The notes under the pieces: model-generated
Seen by the model: only the letters and a program-made list of their open reading frames with translations
The model's database searches: none
Told to the model about the DNA's origin: nothing
NCBI GenBank assembly: GCA_910578995.1
Contig: CAJTSY010000007.1
Span: 7,194-71,193 of the forward strand
Direction of reading: 5' to 3'
From: an uncultured Acetatifactor sp.
GTDB lineage: Bacteria; Bacillota; Clostridia; Lachnospirales; Lachnospiraceae
DNA: 64,000 nt
Translations under genes and position numbers: made by a program
Shown here: positions 8,077 to 16,828 of the stretch, piece after piece
Layout of the letters: every line of letters begins with the position of its first letter
Numbering within the stretch: the first letter of the stretch is position 1

Positions 8077-10050
8077 TCAGTGAGGATGGGAAGTTCCGTG
8101 CTGACGCTTTCGGGCTGCGGTTTTTCCGGCAAGCCTGACGATGAACCGGACCAGCAGCGCTGCCAGCAGGAGAAGCAGGAGCACGATGGCCAGTATGAGG
8201 AAGGCAAACCTGTTGGGATTTTTTATCAGATCCCCTATGGCTTTGCTGTTTTCCACGAGTTTCCGTCCCTGGACGCCTTCGTAGGACTGGGGGACATCGG
8301 GAATGCCGTCCTCGTCCGTGTCTTCCATGGAATCCAGATATTCTGCCACGGCGGCCCAGGCCTTCAATTCCTGCCCCCCTGAAAGAATGATGGCATCCTC
8401 AATATTCTCGATGGGTGTGCCATCCGCGAATTTCGGCTCCACGGACAGTATGCCGTAGGATATATCTGTTACGGCGCCGAGCATCTGGCCGCTGTAAAGG
8501 TCGCATACAACCCGGTACAGCCGGTCATCCTCGATTTCCGTCCTCCCTCCCTGCCCGTCCGTCATATAACAGTCCGTGACCTTGTTCAGTATCAGCCGGT
8601 TCGGATTGAAGGAGAAATTGAGGCCGCTGATGTACAGCCGGGCAGAGGGCATGAAATCTGATACGGAGGCGTCAATTTCCGCCCCTGTTTTCAGCTCCGC
8701 CCCTGTGAGATACATGCTGATCAGCGGATATCCGGGGATGCCGTCCGGGCCGATGCCAAGGGAATAGGCGTTGAATACGTCCTCTACAGTGATGTCTCCC
8801 GTTCCGAAGGTGTCACGGACACAGCCAGAGGGAACGATGGCCACGTCCACGGGGTGGGAATCGGGGGTGTCTGCCCGGGAAACCCCGCAGGCGAAGGCAT
8901 CTGCAAGGAGATTTCCCAGGTTGTGTTCGGTATGGGTATAGTACAGGTCGTCAGAGGTGGAAAATTTGACAGTGTTCCGGGCCAGAACTTCATCCCGGGT
9001 GTATCCGAACCGGGCCAGGTAGGAGGTATCCACTTTTTCCATCAGATGGTTGATTTTCTCCTGGATGGCGCTGTCGGGGGCAATCTCCTCCGTGATGGGA
9101 AGCAGGTCATAACGATCCATCTGCCAGCGTCCTTCCGGGGTTCGGGACATGGTCAGCGATCCCAGGTTCCTGCCGTAGAAACCGCAGGAGACCACGTGGG
9201 TACTGCCGTACAGAATGGGCTCATCCAGGGTGGTGTGGCTGTGTCCGCTGATGATCAGGTCTATTTCCGGCACATTTTTTGCCAGGATTTCGTCCTCCGA
9301 TTTGCTTTTGTCGGGACTGGTTCCGCCGTGGGAGACACAGATGATCATATCCACGTCTTCCTTTTCCTGGATTACCCTCACTGTGGAGGCGGCGGCTTCC
9401 GAACTGTCCCTGAACTTCAGCACGCAGGTGGGCGCACAGGCCAGGGAATCTTCCCCGAAGACGCCCAACACGGCGATTTTCAGGTTTCCTTTTGTAAGAA
9501 CCACATAATCCCTTATTCCATAGAGGGCAAAGGCATCCTTCAGCAACTGTTGGTCGGCGCTGAGTCCTTCCTTCTCCATGGCTTCCCAGTCGATATTGCA
9601 CAGAACCATGGCAGGAACCGGCTCACCGCAGGAAACGGCGGCCTCCAGAGCTCCGGCCAGGCCTGAGGAACGATAGTCGAATTCGTGGTTTCCGAGGGTG
9701 GTAACATCGCAGCCAAGCGCACCCAGTATGCGGAGTTCGGCGGCGTCCGTATGAAAAATGGTCTGCACCAGGGTTCCCATGGAAAAATCGCCTGCATCCA
9801 GAAGCAGGGTATCGGGATTCTTCTCTTTTGCCTTGTCGATAAGGGTTTTGATTCTGGCAAATCCGCCAAGTGTGACATCCCGGCCGTTTTCCACGGTGGA
9901 AAAGCTGTTCAGATGGGAATGGGTGTCATGGAGGAACAGGATGTCCACCTGCTCCCCGGCATTCCGGGAAGCCGCCCCCAGATGTAGGCAGGGATACAGG
10001 AGGAGGGCGGTGATGCAGCAGAGAATGAATCTGGATAAGCGTTTTTTCAT
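8077..10050 (-). CDS. Bifunctional metallophosphatase / 5'-nucleotidase, secreted with a C-terminal membrane anchor
   Basis: Signal peptide. Motifs DILFLHDTHSH, DAGD and GNHEFDY. C-terminal TM FAFLILAIVLLLLLLAALLV. Confidence 0.85.
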   Translation of the reverse strand: MKKRLSRFILCCITALLLYPCLHLGAASRNAGEQVDILFLHDTHSHLNSFSTVENGRDVTLGGFARIKTLIDKAKEKNPDTLLLDAGDFSMGTLVQTIFHTDAAELRILGALGCDVTTLGNHEFDYRSSGLAGALEAAVSCGEPVPAMVLCNIDWEAMEKEGLSADQQLLKDAFALYGIRDYVVLTKGNLKIAVLGVFGEDSLACAPTCVLKFRDSSEAAASTVRVIQEKEDVDMIICVSHGGTSPDKSKSEDEILAKNVPEIDLIISGHSHTTLDEPILYGSTHVVSCGFYGRNLGSLTMSRTPEGRWQMDRYDLLPITEEIAPDSAIQEKINHLMEKVDTSYLARFGYTRDEVLARNTVKFSTSDDLYYTHTEHNLGNLLADAFACGVSRADTPDSHPVDVAIVPSGCVRDTFGTGDITVEDVFNAYSLGIGPDGIPGYPLISMYLTGAELKTGAEIDASVSDFMPSARLYISGLNFSFNPNRLILNKVTDCYMTDGQGGRTEIEDDRLYRVVCDLYSGQMLGAVTDISYGILSVEPKFADGTPIENIEDAIILSGGQELKAWAAVAEYLDSMEDTDEDGIPDVPQSYEGVQGRKLVENSKAIGDLIKNPNRFAFLILAIVLLLLLLAALLVRFIVRLAGKTAARKRQHGTSHPH

Positions 10051-10196
10051 GGAAATGCATTCCTTTCTGTTTGAGTTCTCTTCTTATATTCTATAATGAA
10101 TGAGCCGGGGAAGTCAAGTTTCAAACTTATTCTGGCAGGATGTTTTAAGGCTTCTGTACAAGTTTAAAAAAATTTAATGTTTCTTTTCGTGACGAG

Positions 10197-10205
10197 TGCT
10201 ATAAT
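10197..10205 (+). promoter_or_regulatory. Extended -10 element (TGcTATAAT) upstream of the LCP gene
   Basis: tgctataat read directly. The -35 is poor. Confidence 0.4.
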
Positions 10206-10315
10206 ATATGGTAGAGTGCAGGAGAGTATATTGTGCGGCTGCGGTGTCCCACTGTGCCCTTCTCATTCGGATCATTTTTAACACGTTCTAGGGCAGCGAA
10301 AGGATTACATATTTC

Positions 10316-11911
10316 ATGGATAAGAAAAACGGCAACGAGATGGAACAGATTCAGCGGGGGCTGGAGGAATTCCTGGAAAAGGAACTGGGGCGGACCGGAA
10401 AAGCGGAAGCCCCGCGCCAGGAAACGGGAGAAACCTCCTGGAACCTGGATGCGGAGGAAGCGGACGGGGAACTGGAATTCGGGTGGGAGGAGCCGTCCAC
10501 CAGGCGGGGCAGGTACGGGGATGAAGAGTTGCCTTCCCGGCGTGACGGATATGGGGACGAAGAGAGAGTCTCCCGGCGTGACGGATACGGGGACGAAGAG
10601 AGAGTCTCCCGACGTAGCAGGTACGTGGAAGAGGAAGCGCCTCCCCGCCGGAGAAGGTATGACGATGAGGAGCTAAACTTCCGGGAAGAGCAGTATGACC
10701 CGGAGGCAGACGCGCAGGAACCGGAGGAGCTGTATGACTGGGACAGCAGACCTTCCGGCAGGCGGACACCCGGACAGGGACAGGAGCGCCCCCGGAGGCG
10801 GAAGGAAAGACGGGAGCGGGAGACTGTTCCGAGGCAGGGAGGAAGCAGGGCACGGCCGGGGGACGGAAATGCCTCCCGGGGATCCAGAAGGGTTCAGGAG
10901 GAGCCGGAAATGGCGAAAAAGGCGACGAAATCTCAAAAGAATCAGAAGAAAAAGCGGAAAAAGAAGCACCGCCTGCTGAAGTTTCTCATTGTTGTCGCGG
11001 TTGTCTTCGCCGTGCTTGGAGTGGGACTGTATCAGTTGGTGGGTGTGGTCTATGGAAAAATGACTTACCATGAAGTGGCCTCTGTCACCGGAGCTTCCAT
11101 GCAGGAGGACGGTGTGGTGAACATACTGCTTATCGGAAACGATTCCCGGGAAAACGGGGAGGACGGCAGATCCGATGCCATGATCCTTCTGTCCGTCAGC
11201 AGCAGGACCAAGACAATCTATATGACGTCTCTGCTGCGGGATATGTATGTGGACATTCCGGGGCACGACGGGAACCGCCTGAATGCGGCTTATTCCTTCG
11301 GGGGCGCCGAGCTGCTGATGGAGACCATAGAGAAGAACCTTGATATTTCCGTGAACCGTTATGTGCTGGTAAATTTTGAGGCCTTTGCGGGCCTGGTGGA
11401 TGCAGTGGACGGAATAGAACTGGAACTGACCAGCGAGGAGATAGAATATGTCAACGGATATCTGGTGGAGTACAACATGCTGACCAACAGGCCCCAGGGC
11501 ACGGACAATATGGATACCTCTGTCAGCGGTCTGGTGCACCTGAACGGTCCGCAGGCCCTTGCCTACAGCAGAAACCGTTATCTGGGTACGGACTTTGGCA
11601 GGACGGACCGCCAGAGGAAGGTGCTGACGGCCGTGATCAAAAAGCTGCCCTCGGCCCTGCTTACAAACGCGGGCGGACTGATGGACGGACTGCTGCCCAA
11701 CCTGACCACGAACCTGACACAGGGGGAGTGTTTCCGGCTGAGCCTGATGGCGGGAAAGATGCTCACCTATGACATTGTATCGGACAGCATTCCCCAGCCG
11801 GGAACATACCGGGATGTGACTATTCGCAAAATGGCCGTGTTGGAGGTGGATTTTGAAACAAATATCAGATACCTGAAGGAGAAACTGTACGGGGAACAGA
11901 GCGGGAACTGA
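10316..11911 (+). CDS. LCP (LytR-CpsA-Psr) family cell-wall glycopolymer ligase with a roughly 220-aa Arg/Glu/Asp-rich cytoplasmic N-terminal extension
   Basis: TM FLIVVAVVFAVLGVGLYQLVGVV, then the LCP core NILLIGNDSRENGEDGRSDAMILLSVS...RDMYVDIPGHDGNRLNAAYSFGG...VNFEAFAGLVDAVDG. Confidence 0.85.
   Translation: MDKKNGNEMEQIQRGLEEFLEKELGRTGKAEAPRQETGETSWNLDAEEADGELEFGWEEPSTRRGRYGDEELPSRRDGYGDEERVSRRDGYGDEERVSRRSRYVEEEAPPRRRRYDDEELNFREEQYDPEADAQEPEELYDWDSRPSGRRTPGQGQERPRRRKERRERETVPRQGGSRARPGDGNASRGSRRVQEEPEMAKKATKSQKNQKKKRKKKHRLLKFLIVVAVVFAVLGVGLYQLVGVVYGKMTYHEVASVTGASMQEDGVVNILLIGNDSRENGEDGRSDAMILLSVSSRTKTIYMTSLLRDMYVDIPGHDGNRLNAAYSFGGAELLMETIEKNLDISVNRYVLVNFEAFAGLVDAVDGIELELTSEEIEYVNGYLVEYNMLTNRPQGTDNMDTSVSGLVHLNGPQALAYSRNRYLGTDFGRTDRQRKVLTAVIKKLPSALLTNAGGLMDGLLPNLTTNLTQGECFRLSLMAGKMLTYDIVSDSIPQPGTYRDVTIRKMAVLEVDFETNIRYLKEKLYGEQSGN
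10499..10660 (+). repeat. About five degenerate in-frame copies of a 36-bp repeat (SRRDGYGDEERV-type dodecapeptide)
   Basis: Copies at 10535-10570 and 10571-10606 are nearly identical. Flanking copies are more diverged. Confidence 0.6.
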
Positions 11912-11929
11912 AAAACAGGGAGGAAGACA

Positions 11930-12238
11930 ATGGATTTTATAATTTTCTTATTTGTGGCTTTGATGTGTTTTAATGTAGCAGTGAAGATTTTTAACAGCGA
12001 AGAAAGGAACAAGGTATTCAACAAACGTCCCATCGAGGTGGAGGATGTAAAAAAGTATAACAGATTCTGCGGAACTTTGGTTATCGTCTTCTGTGTAGCT
12101 GTCGAGCTCACTTTATACATCGGAGTGCTTTTCGGCGGATGGGTCACCCTGGCCACCACGGTTGCGCTGATCGGGGAAGCCTTTCTGGTTATGGTGGTCT
12201 ACAATAAGGCAGAACGTAAAATGCTCAAAAAAAGGTAA
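11930..12238 (+). CDS. Small integral membrane protein (102 aa, about 3 TM segments)
   Basis: AGGGAGG RBS. Hydrophobic segments FIIFLFVALMCFNVAV, LVIVFCVAVELTLYIGVLF and LATTVALIGEAFLVMVV. Confidence 0.6.
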   Translation: MDFIIFLFVALMCFNVAVKIFNSEERNKVFNKRPIEVEDVKKYNRFCGTLVIVFCVAVELTLYIGVLFGGWVTLATTVALIGEAFLVMVVYNKAERKMLKKR

Positions 12239-12252
12239 CAGGGAATGGAATC

Positions 12253-13656
12253 ATGAAAGAGAGAATAAAAAGTCTGCTGCTGATATGCCCGCTGCTGCTT
12301 TGTGCCTGTGGAAACATGGGGGAGATACCCGCTTCCCTGGCGGAGGTTACGGCGGTGGAGGTGAGGGAGGAAAGTCTCCGGGAGAATGGTGTGGAGCCGG
12401 ATATTGGGCAGGAAAGCTTTCCGGCAGATGGGGATGCGAAAACGGACTCGGCGGACTTGGGGCAGAATTCCGCCGGACAGGGAGAAGCAGGGCAGAATCC
12501 CATGGGACAGGAAACAGCGGGACAGAATCCCACGGGACAGGGAGCAGCAGGACAGAATCCCGCGGGACAGGGAGCAGCAGGACAGAATTCTGCGGGACAG
12601 GGAGCAGCAGGACAGAACCCTCCAGGGCAGGAAGATGGCGCAGATGGTTCTCCTGAGTCCCAGGCCGGCACAAGTCAGTCCAAGGAGGAAACCGGGCCGG
12701 AGGAGATCCGCATTACAGTTTCCGCAGCAGGAGATGTAACCCTTGGAAACTATATCGGGCAGGGGTATGAGATCTCCTTCCGCCAGACTTATGACAAGGG
12801 CGTGGGTGACAGTTACTTTTTTGAAAATGTAGCCGACATCTTTTCGGAGGACGACCTGACCCTGGTGAATCTGGAGGGCCCCCTGACCAGATCCGGGGAT
12901 TTCCGGGAGGGCCAGACCTACTGCATTTCCGGTGATCCGGAATACGTCAATATTTTGACGGCAGGAAGTGTGGAGGCGGTGAGCATGGCGAATAACCACA
13001 GGCTCGACTATAAGGAACAGGGTACTTCCGACACGGTGGAGGCTTTGGAGGGGGCGGGGATCCTGTATGCCTATGACAACAACTACTGCATGTATGAGAC
13101 GGAGGGTATCCGGATCGGCATTGTGTCCGTCAATGAGGTAGGCCAGGGCGCAGGCGTGGAGACTTACCTGCAGGAGGGCGTGGAGAAGCTGAGGGAGGAA
13201 GGCGCGGACCTGGTGTTTGCATGCTGCCACTGGGGAATCGAGAGGGAGTATTATCCGGAGGATTACCAGAAGAGCCTGGGCAGGAAATGCATCGACTGGG
13301 GATACGACCTGGTAATCGGACATCATCCCCATGTGCTGCAGGGCATTGAGGAGTACCAGGGGAAATTCATCGTTTACAGCCTGGGGAACTTCTGCTTCGG
13401 CGCAAACCGGAATCCACCGGACAAGGACTGCATGATTTTTCAGCAGACATTCACTTTCCGGGAGGGGGAGAAGCAGGAGGACAGGGCAGTCCGCGTGATC
13501 CCCTGTTCCGTAAGCTCCGTGTCCGGCCGCAATGATTACAAGCCCACACCTGCCGAGGGGGAGGAGTTCCGCAGGATCCTGGATAAGATCAATGACTGCT
13601 GCAGCGTTTTCGAAGTGGAGTTTGACGACGAAGGATACCTGGCCGGACAGGAATGA
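12253..13656 (+). CDS. CapA-family (PGA_cap metallophosphatase-like) lipoprotein
   Basis: Lipobox LLLCAC|G. CapA core RITVSAAGDVTLGN...LVNLEGPLT...ANNHRLDY...CHWGIE...IGHHPHVLQG...YSLGNFCFG. Confidence 0.85.
   Translation: MKERIKSLLLICPLLLCACGNMGEIPASLAEVTAVEVREESLRENGVEPDIGQESFPADGDAKTDSADLGQNSAGQGEAGQNPMGQETAGQNPTGQGAAGQNPAGQGAAGQNSAGQGAAGQNPPGQEDGADGSPESQAGTSQSKEETGPEEIRITVSAAGDVTLGNYIGQGYEISFRQTYDKGVGDSYFFENVADIFSEDDLTLVNLEGPLTRSGDFREGQTYCISGDPEYVNILTAGSVEAVSMANNHRLDYKEQGTSDTVEALEGAGILYAYDNNYCMYETEGIRIGIVSVNEVGQGAGVETYLQEGVEKLREEGADLVFACCHWGIEREYYPEDYQKSLGRKCIDWGYDLVIGHHPHVLQGIEEYQGKFIVYSLGNFCFGANRNPPDKDCMIFQQTFTFREGEKQEDRAVRVIPCSVSSVSGRNDYKPTPAEGEEFRRILDKINDCCSVFEVEFDDEGYLAGQE
12461..12630 (+). 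repeat. About 5.7 tandem copies of a 30-bp in-frame repeat (GQNPxGQGAA decapeptide)
   Basis: Units start at 12461, 12491, 12521, 12551, 12581 and 12611. The central copies differ by 1-3 nt. Confidence 0.85.
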
Positions 13657-13765
13657 AAAAACGTTTGCGGAATCTGAGTCAGGAACAATCCGGGGATATC
13701 GGGAATGGGCACAAACGGCTGAGATTAAAATAATTTAAATCTGAAATAATAGGAGGAAGGCAGAA

Positions 13766-14902
13766 ATGGAAAAGAGAAAAATGGAGAACCTGGGGATTGA
13801 GACATCGCTGTTGGGATTCGGCTGTATGCGTTTCCCCGTGACAGCAGAAGGAAAGATCGACGAGCCGGAGGCGGAGCGGATGCTTGACAAAGCCATTGCT
13901 GCGGGGGTAAATTATATCGACACCGCCTATCCCTATCACAATGGCGACAGCGAGCCCTTTGTGGGAAGGGTTCTGAAGAAATACGACAGGAATTCCTTTT
14001 ACCTGGCCACAAAGCTGCCCTGTTGGAAGGTGGAGGAACCCGGGGATACGGAGAAGATTTTTGAAGAACAGTTGGCAAGACTGCAGACGAATCATATAGA
14101 TTTCTATCTTATGCACGCTCTGAGCGGGGACAGCTTCCGCAAAATGGTACAGATGGGTGTGGTGGAAAGACTGGAGAGGCTGAAGGCGGAGGGAAAGATT
14201 AAGTACCTGGGATTTTCCTTCCATGACGGCTATGAAGCCTTTGAGGAAATACTGAACTACAGGGACTGGGATTTCTGCCAGCTCCAGCTAAACTACATGG
14301 ATACGGAAAGCCAGGCGGGACTGAAGGGATACCGGCTTACCCAGGAGAAAAATGTGCCCCTGGTGGTCATGGAACCTGTGAAGGGCGGTTCCCTTGCGGC
14401 TTTTGCCGACGACATTACGGGAAAATTCCGTGAGCTGGATCCGGAGGCTTCCACAGCATCCTTTGCCCTGCGTTGGGTGGGCAGCCTGTCCAACGTGAAA
14501 GTGGTCTTAAGCGGGATGAGTACCATGGGGCAGTTGGAGGATAACCTGCGCACCTTCGCCTCCTTCCGTCCCCTTTCCCAGGCGGAGGCGGATACCATAG
14601 ACGGCATTGTGGCCCTGATCAACAGCCGGGTGCAGAACGGCTGCACGGCCTGCAGATACTGCATGCCCTGCCCCGCAGGGGTGGATATCCCGGGGAATTT
14701 CCGGGTCTGGAATACATATCACATGTACCAGAATTACAATATGGTGAAAAACAGCTGGGAGAACGGTCTGGGAGAGGAAAAACAGGCTAAAAACTGTGTG
14801 AAATGCGGCAAATGTGAAAAGGCCTGCCCCCAGAAGCTGCACATCAGGGAGGACTTGGAGAAGGTGCAGGCAGATATGGACAGGAAGGAATTCGTATTTT
14901 GA
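13766..14902 (+). CDS. Aldo/keto reductase with a C-terminal 4Fe-4S ferredoxin-type cluster domain
   Basis: AKR core LGFGCMRFP...YIDTAYPYHNGDSE...IDFYLMHAL. C-terminal CTACRYCMPCP and CVKCGKCEKACP. Confidence 0.85.
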   Translation: MEKRKMENLGIETSLLGFGCMRFPVTAEGKIDEPEAERMLDKAIAAGVNYIDTAYPYHNGDSEPFVGRVLKKYDRNSFYLATKLPCWKVEEPGDTEKIFEEQLARLQTNHIDFYLMHALSGDSFRKMVQMGVVERLERLKAEGKIKYLGFSFHDGYEAFEEILNYRDWDFCQLQLNYMDTESQAGLKGYRLTQEKNVPLVVMEPVKGGSLAAFADDITGKFRELDPEASTASFALRWVGSLSNVKVVLSGMSTMGQLEDNLRTFASFRPLSQAEADTIDGIVALINSRVQNGCTACRYCMPCPAGVDIPGNFRVWNTYHMYQNYNMVKNSWENGLGEEKQAKNCVKCGKCEKACPQKLHIREDLEKVQADMDRKEFVF

Positions 14903-14973
14903 TAAATATTCTCATGCCGCCTGCTTTTAAGGTTTTGCGGCACGCATGAGGAATGGGAATCAGGGGGACTGGT

Positions 14974-15870
14974 ATGGAGAAAGCGTTTAAACTGGATTTT
15001 GAAAATGACAAGGCCGGAAGCCTGTATGTAAACTGCTGCGGCTGTTCCCGGACCGAGAGTCTTCACAGCTTCGGTCCGGCCTCCAAACCCCATTATCTCA
15101 TCCACTATGTGCTGGACGGCAGGGGGCTGTTCCGGTTTCACGACAAGGAATACCGCCTGGAGGCGGGATACGGTTTCCTGATACAGCCCAATGAGCTGGC
15201 ATTTTACCAGGCGGACGAGAAGGAACCATGGAGCTATCTTTGGGTGGGATTCGGGGGAAGCCGGGCAGGGGAGTACCTGAACGCAATGGGGCTCAGCGCC
15301 CGGCACCCTGTTTTCGCCTGTGACAGGGATCAGGAATTATACGATATTGTCAGGGACATGATGGAGCACAATACCTTCGGGATGGCGGACGACCTGCGGC
15401 GGAACGGACAGTTGGGCGTGTTCCTGTCGATTCTGGCACAGAGCGCCGGGGTGGTGGAGAAGAATGAGGAGGATAAGGGAAACCAGTATGTGAGGAAGGC
15501 GGTACTGTTTATCCAGAGCAATTACTGCAATCCCATCAAAGTGACGGATGTAGCTGACTACGTATGTATCAACAGAAGTTATCTTTACACGCTGTTTCAG
15601 AAACTTCTGGGCATGTCTCCCCAAAGATTTCTCACCACCTTCCGCATAACAAAGGCGAGAGAACTTCTGGATTCCACATCTTATCCCATAGAGAGCATTG
15701 CATTGTCCTGCGGCTACAGCGATGCACTGGTATTTACCAAGGCCTTTCACGCCATGGAGGGGATGTCGCCCTCCCAGTACCGGAAGCAGAGCCACAGGGA
15801 AAATACCAGGGAGCAGCTCCATGAGGTGGAACATCTGATTACGCAGCTGCTGAAAACACAGGAGAAATAG
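14974..15870 (+). CDS. AraC-family transcriptional regulator (cupin sensor plus HTH_18)
   Basis: RBS GGGGGA 5 nt before ATG 14974. C-terminal VTDVADYVCINRSYLYTLFQK...SIALSCGYSDALVFTKAFH. Confidence 0.8.
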   Translation: MEKAFKLDFENDKAGSLYVNCCGCSRTESLHSFGPASKPHYLIHYVLDGRGLFRFHDKEYRLEAGYGFLIQPNELAFYQADEKEPWSYLWVGFGGSRAGEYLNAMGLSARHPVFACDRDQELYDIVRDMMEHNTFGMADDLRRNGQLGVFLSILAQSAGVVEKNEEDKGNQYVRKAVLFIQSNYCNPIKVTDVADYVCINRSYLYTLFQKLLGMSPQRFLTTFRITKARELLDSTSYPIESIALSCGYSDALVFTKAFHAMEGMSPSQYRKQSHRENTREQLHEVEHLITQLLKTQEK

Positions 15871-15890
15871 GAACCGACGGGAGCAGAATA

Positions 15891-15932
15891 AAAAGGAACA
15901 GCGGCTATTTTTCAAGCCACTGTTCCTTTTTT
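15891..15932. terminator. Bidirectional hairpin terminator between the convergent AraC and GGDEF genes
   Basis: Stem aaaaggaacagcggc / gccactgttcctttt with one mismatch. T-runs follow on both strands. The right arm overlaps the last codons of the GGDEF gene. Confidence 0.7.
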
Positions 15933-16822
15933 CCGTCGGACCACACCACTCTGTTCCGTCCAAGATCCTTGGCATTGTAGAGCATGGTGTCCGCAATCTT
16001 CAGGTAGGAATCGTAGGAATCCCCGGCCTGGGGAACCACGGTGACCCCGCCGATGCTGATGGTGACACAGGGGGAGGCCGCAGGGTTGTGGGGGATCTGA
16101 AGCCGTTCCACAGCCTGCCGGATGAGCTGGAAGAATTCAAAGGCGGACTTCGCGTCCAGTCCGATCACGATGGCCACAAATTCCTCCCCTCCATAGCGGG
16201 CCAGAAAATCCGTGGCGCGCTGCAGATAAGACGATGCTGTCTTCGCAACGGCGGCTATTACCTTGTCCCCGGCCGGATGGCCGAAGGTATCGTTGTACAC
16301 CTTAAACTTATCGATGTCGAAAATTGCCACCGTGAAGGGCAGGTTCAGGCGGCCTGCCTCCCTCCATTTCATAATGCTGTCTTCCTCATAGCGCCTCCGG
16401 TTGGCGATTCCCGTCAGCTGGTCCACCATGGCCTGCTTCATGAACTCCATCTGAAAATGGAACAGCTTAATGTGGGTATTTACCCTGGCCCTGATGGTTA
16501 TGGGGCTGAAAGGCTTGGTGATGTAATCCACCGCGCCCAGGGTGAGCCCCTTTTCCTCATGCTGCACGTCGGAGAGGCCGCTGATCAGAATTACAGGAAT
16601 GTATCTGGTGGGAAAATTCTCCTGCAGGGTCCGCAGAAGGGTAAAGCCGTCCATGTCCGGCATGATAATGTCCAGAAGTATCAGGGAAAAACGCCCTGAC
16701 TGGGCCATGCTTAATCCCTCCCTGCCCGTCTGGCAGGTGCTTACCTCATAGTCGCTTTTCAAAATGGATTTTAAGTATTCGGCCTGGGTGCGGCTGTCGT
16801 CAATAACCAGAATATGATCCAT
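15905..16822 (-). CDS. Response-regulator receiver plus GGDEF diguanylate cyclase (PleD-like)
   Basis: REC domain with LILLDIIMPDMDG. Active site RYGGEEF, with an RxxD I-site (RATD) 5 residues upstream. Confidence 0.9.
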   Translation of the reverse strand: MDHILVIDDSRTQAEYLKSILKSDYEVSTCQTGREGLSMAQSGRFSLILLDIIMPDMDGFTLLRTLQENFPTRYIPVILISGLSDVQHEEKGLTLGAVDYITKPFSPITIRARVNTHIKLFHFQMEFMKQAMVDQLTGIANRRRYEEDSIMKWREAGRLNLPFTVAIFDIDKFKVYNDTFGHPAGDKVIAAVAKTASSYLQRATDFLARYGGEEFVAIVIGLDAKSAFEFFQLIRQAVERLQIPHNPAASPCVTISIGGVTVVPQAGDSYDSYLKIADTMLYNAKDLGRNRVVWSDGKKEQWLEK

Positions 16823-16828
16823 ATTTCA

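Noticed and set aside
12461-12630. Regular 30-bp periodicity (and the 63/252-bp periodicity at 53490-54075) considered as possible CRISPR arrays.
   Set aside because: The repeats are contiguous with no unique spacers, they are in frame inside well-supported CDSs, and there are no cas genes.
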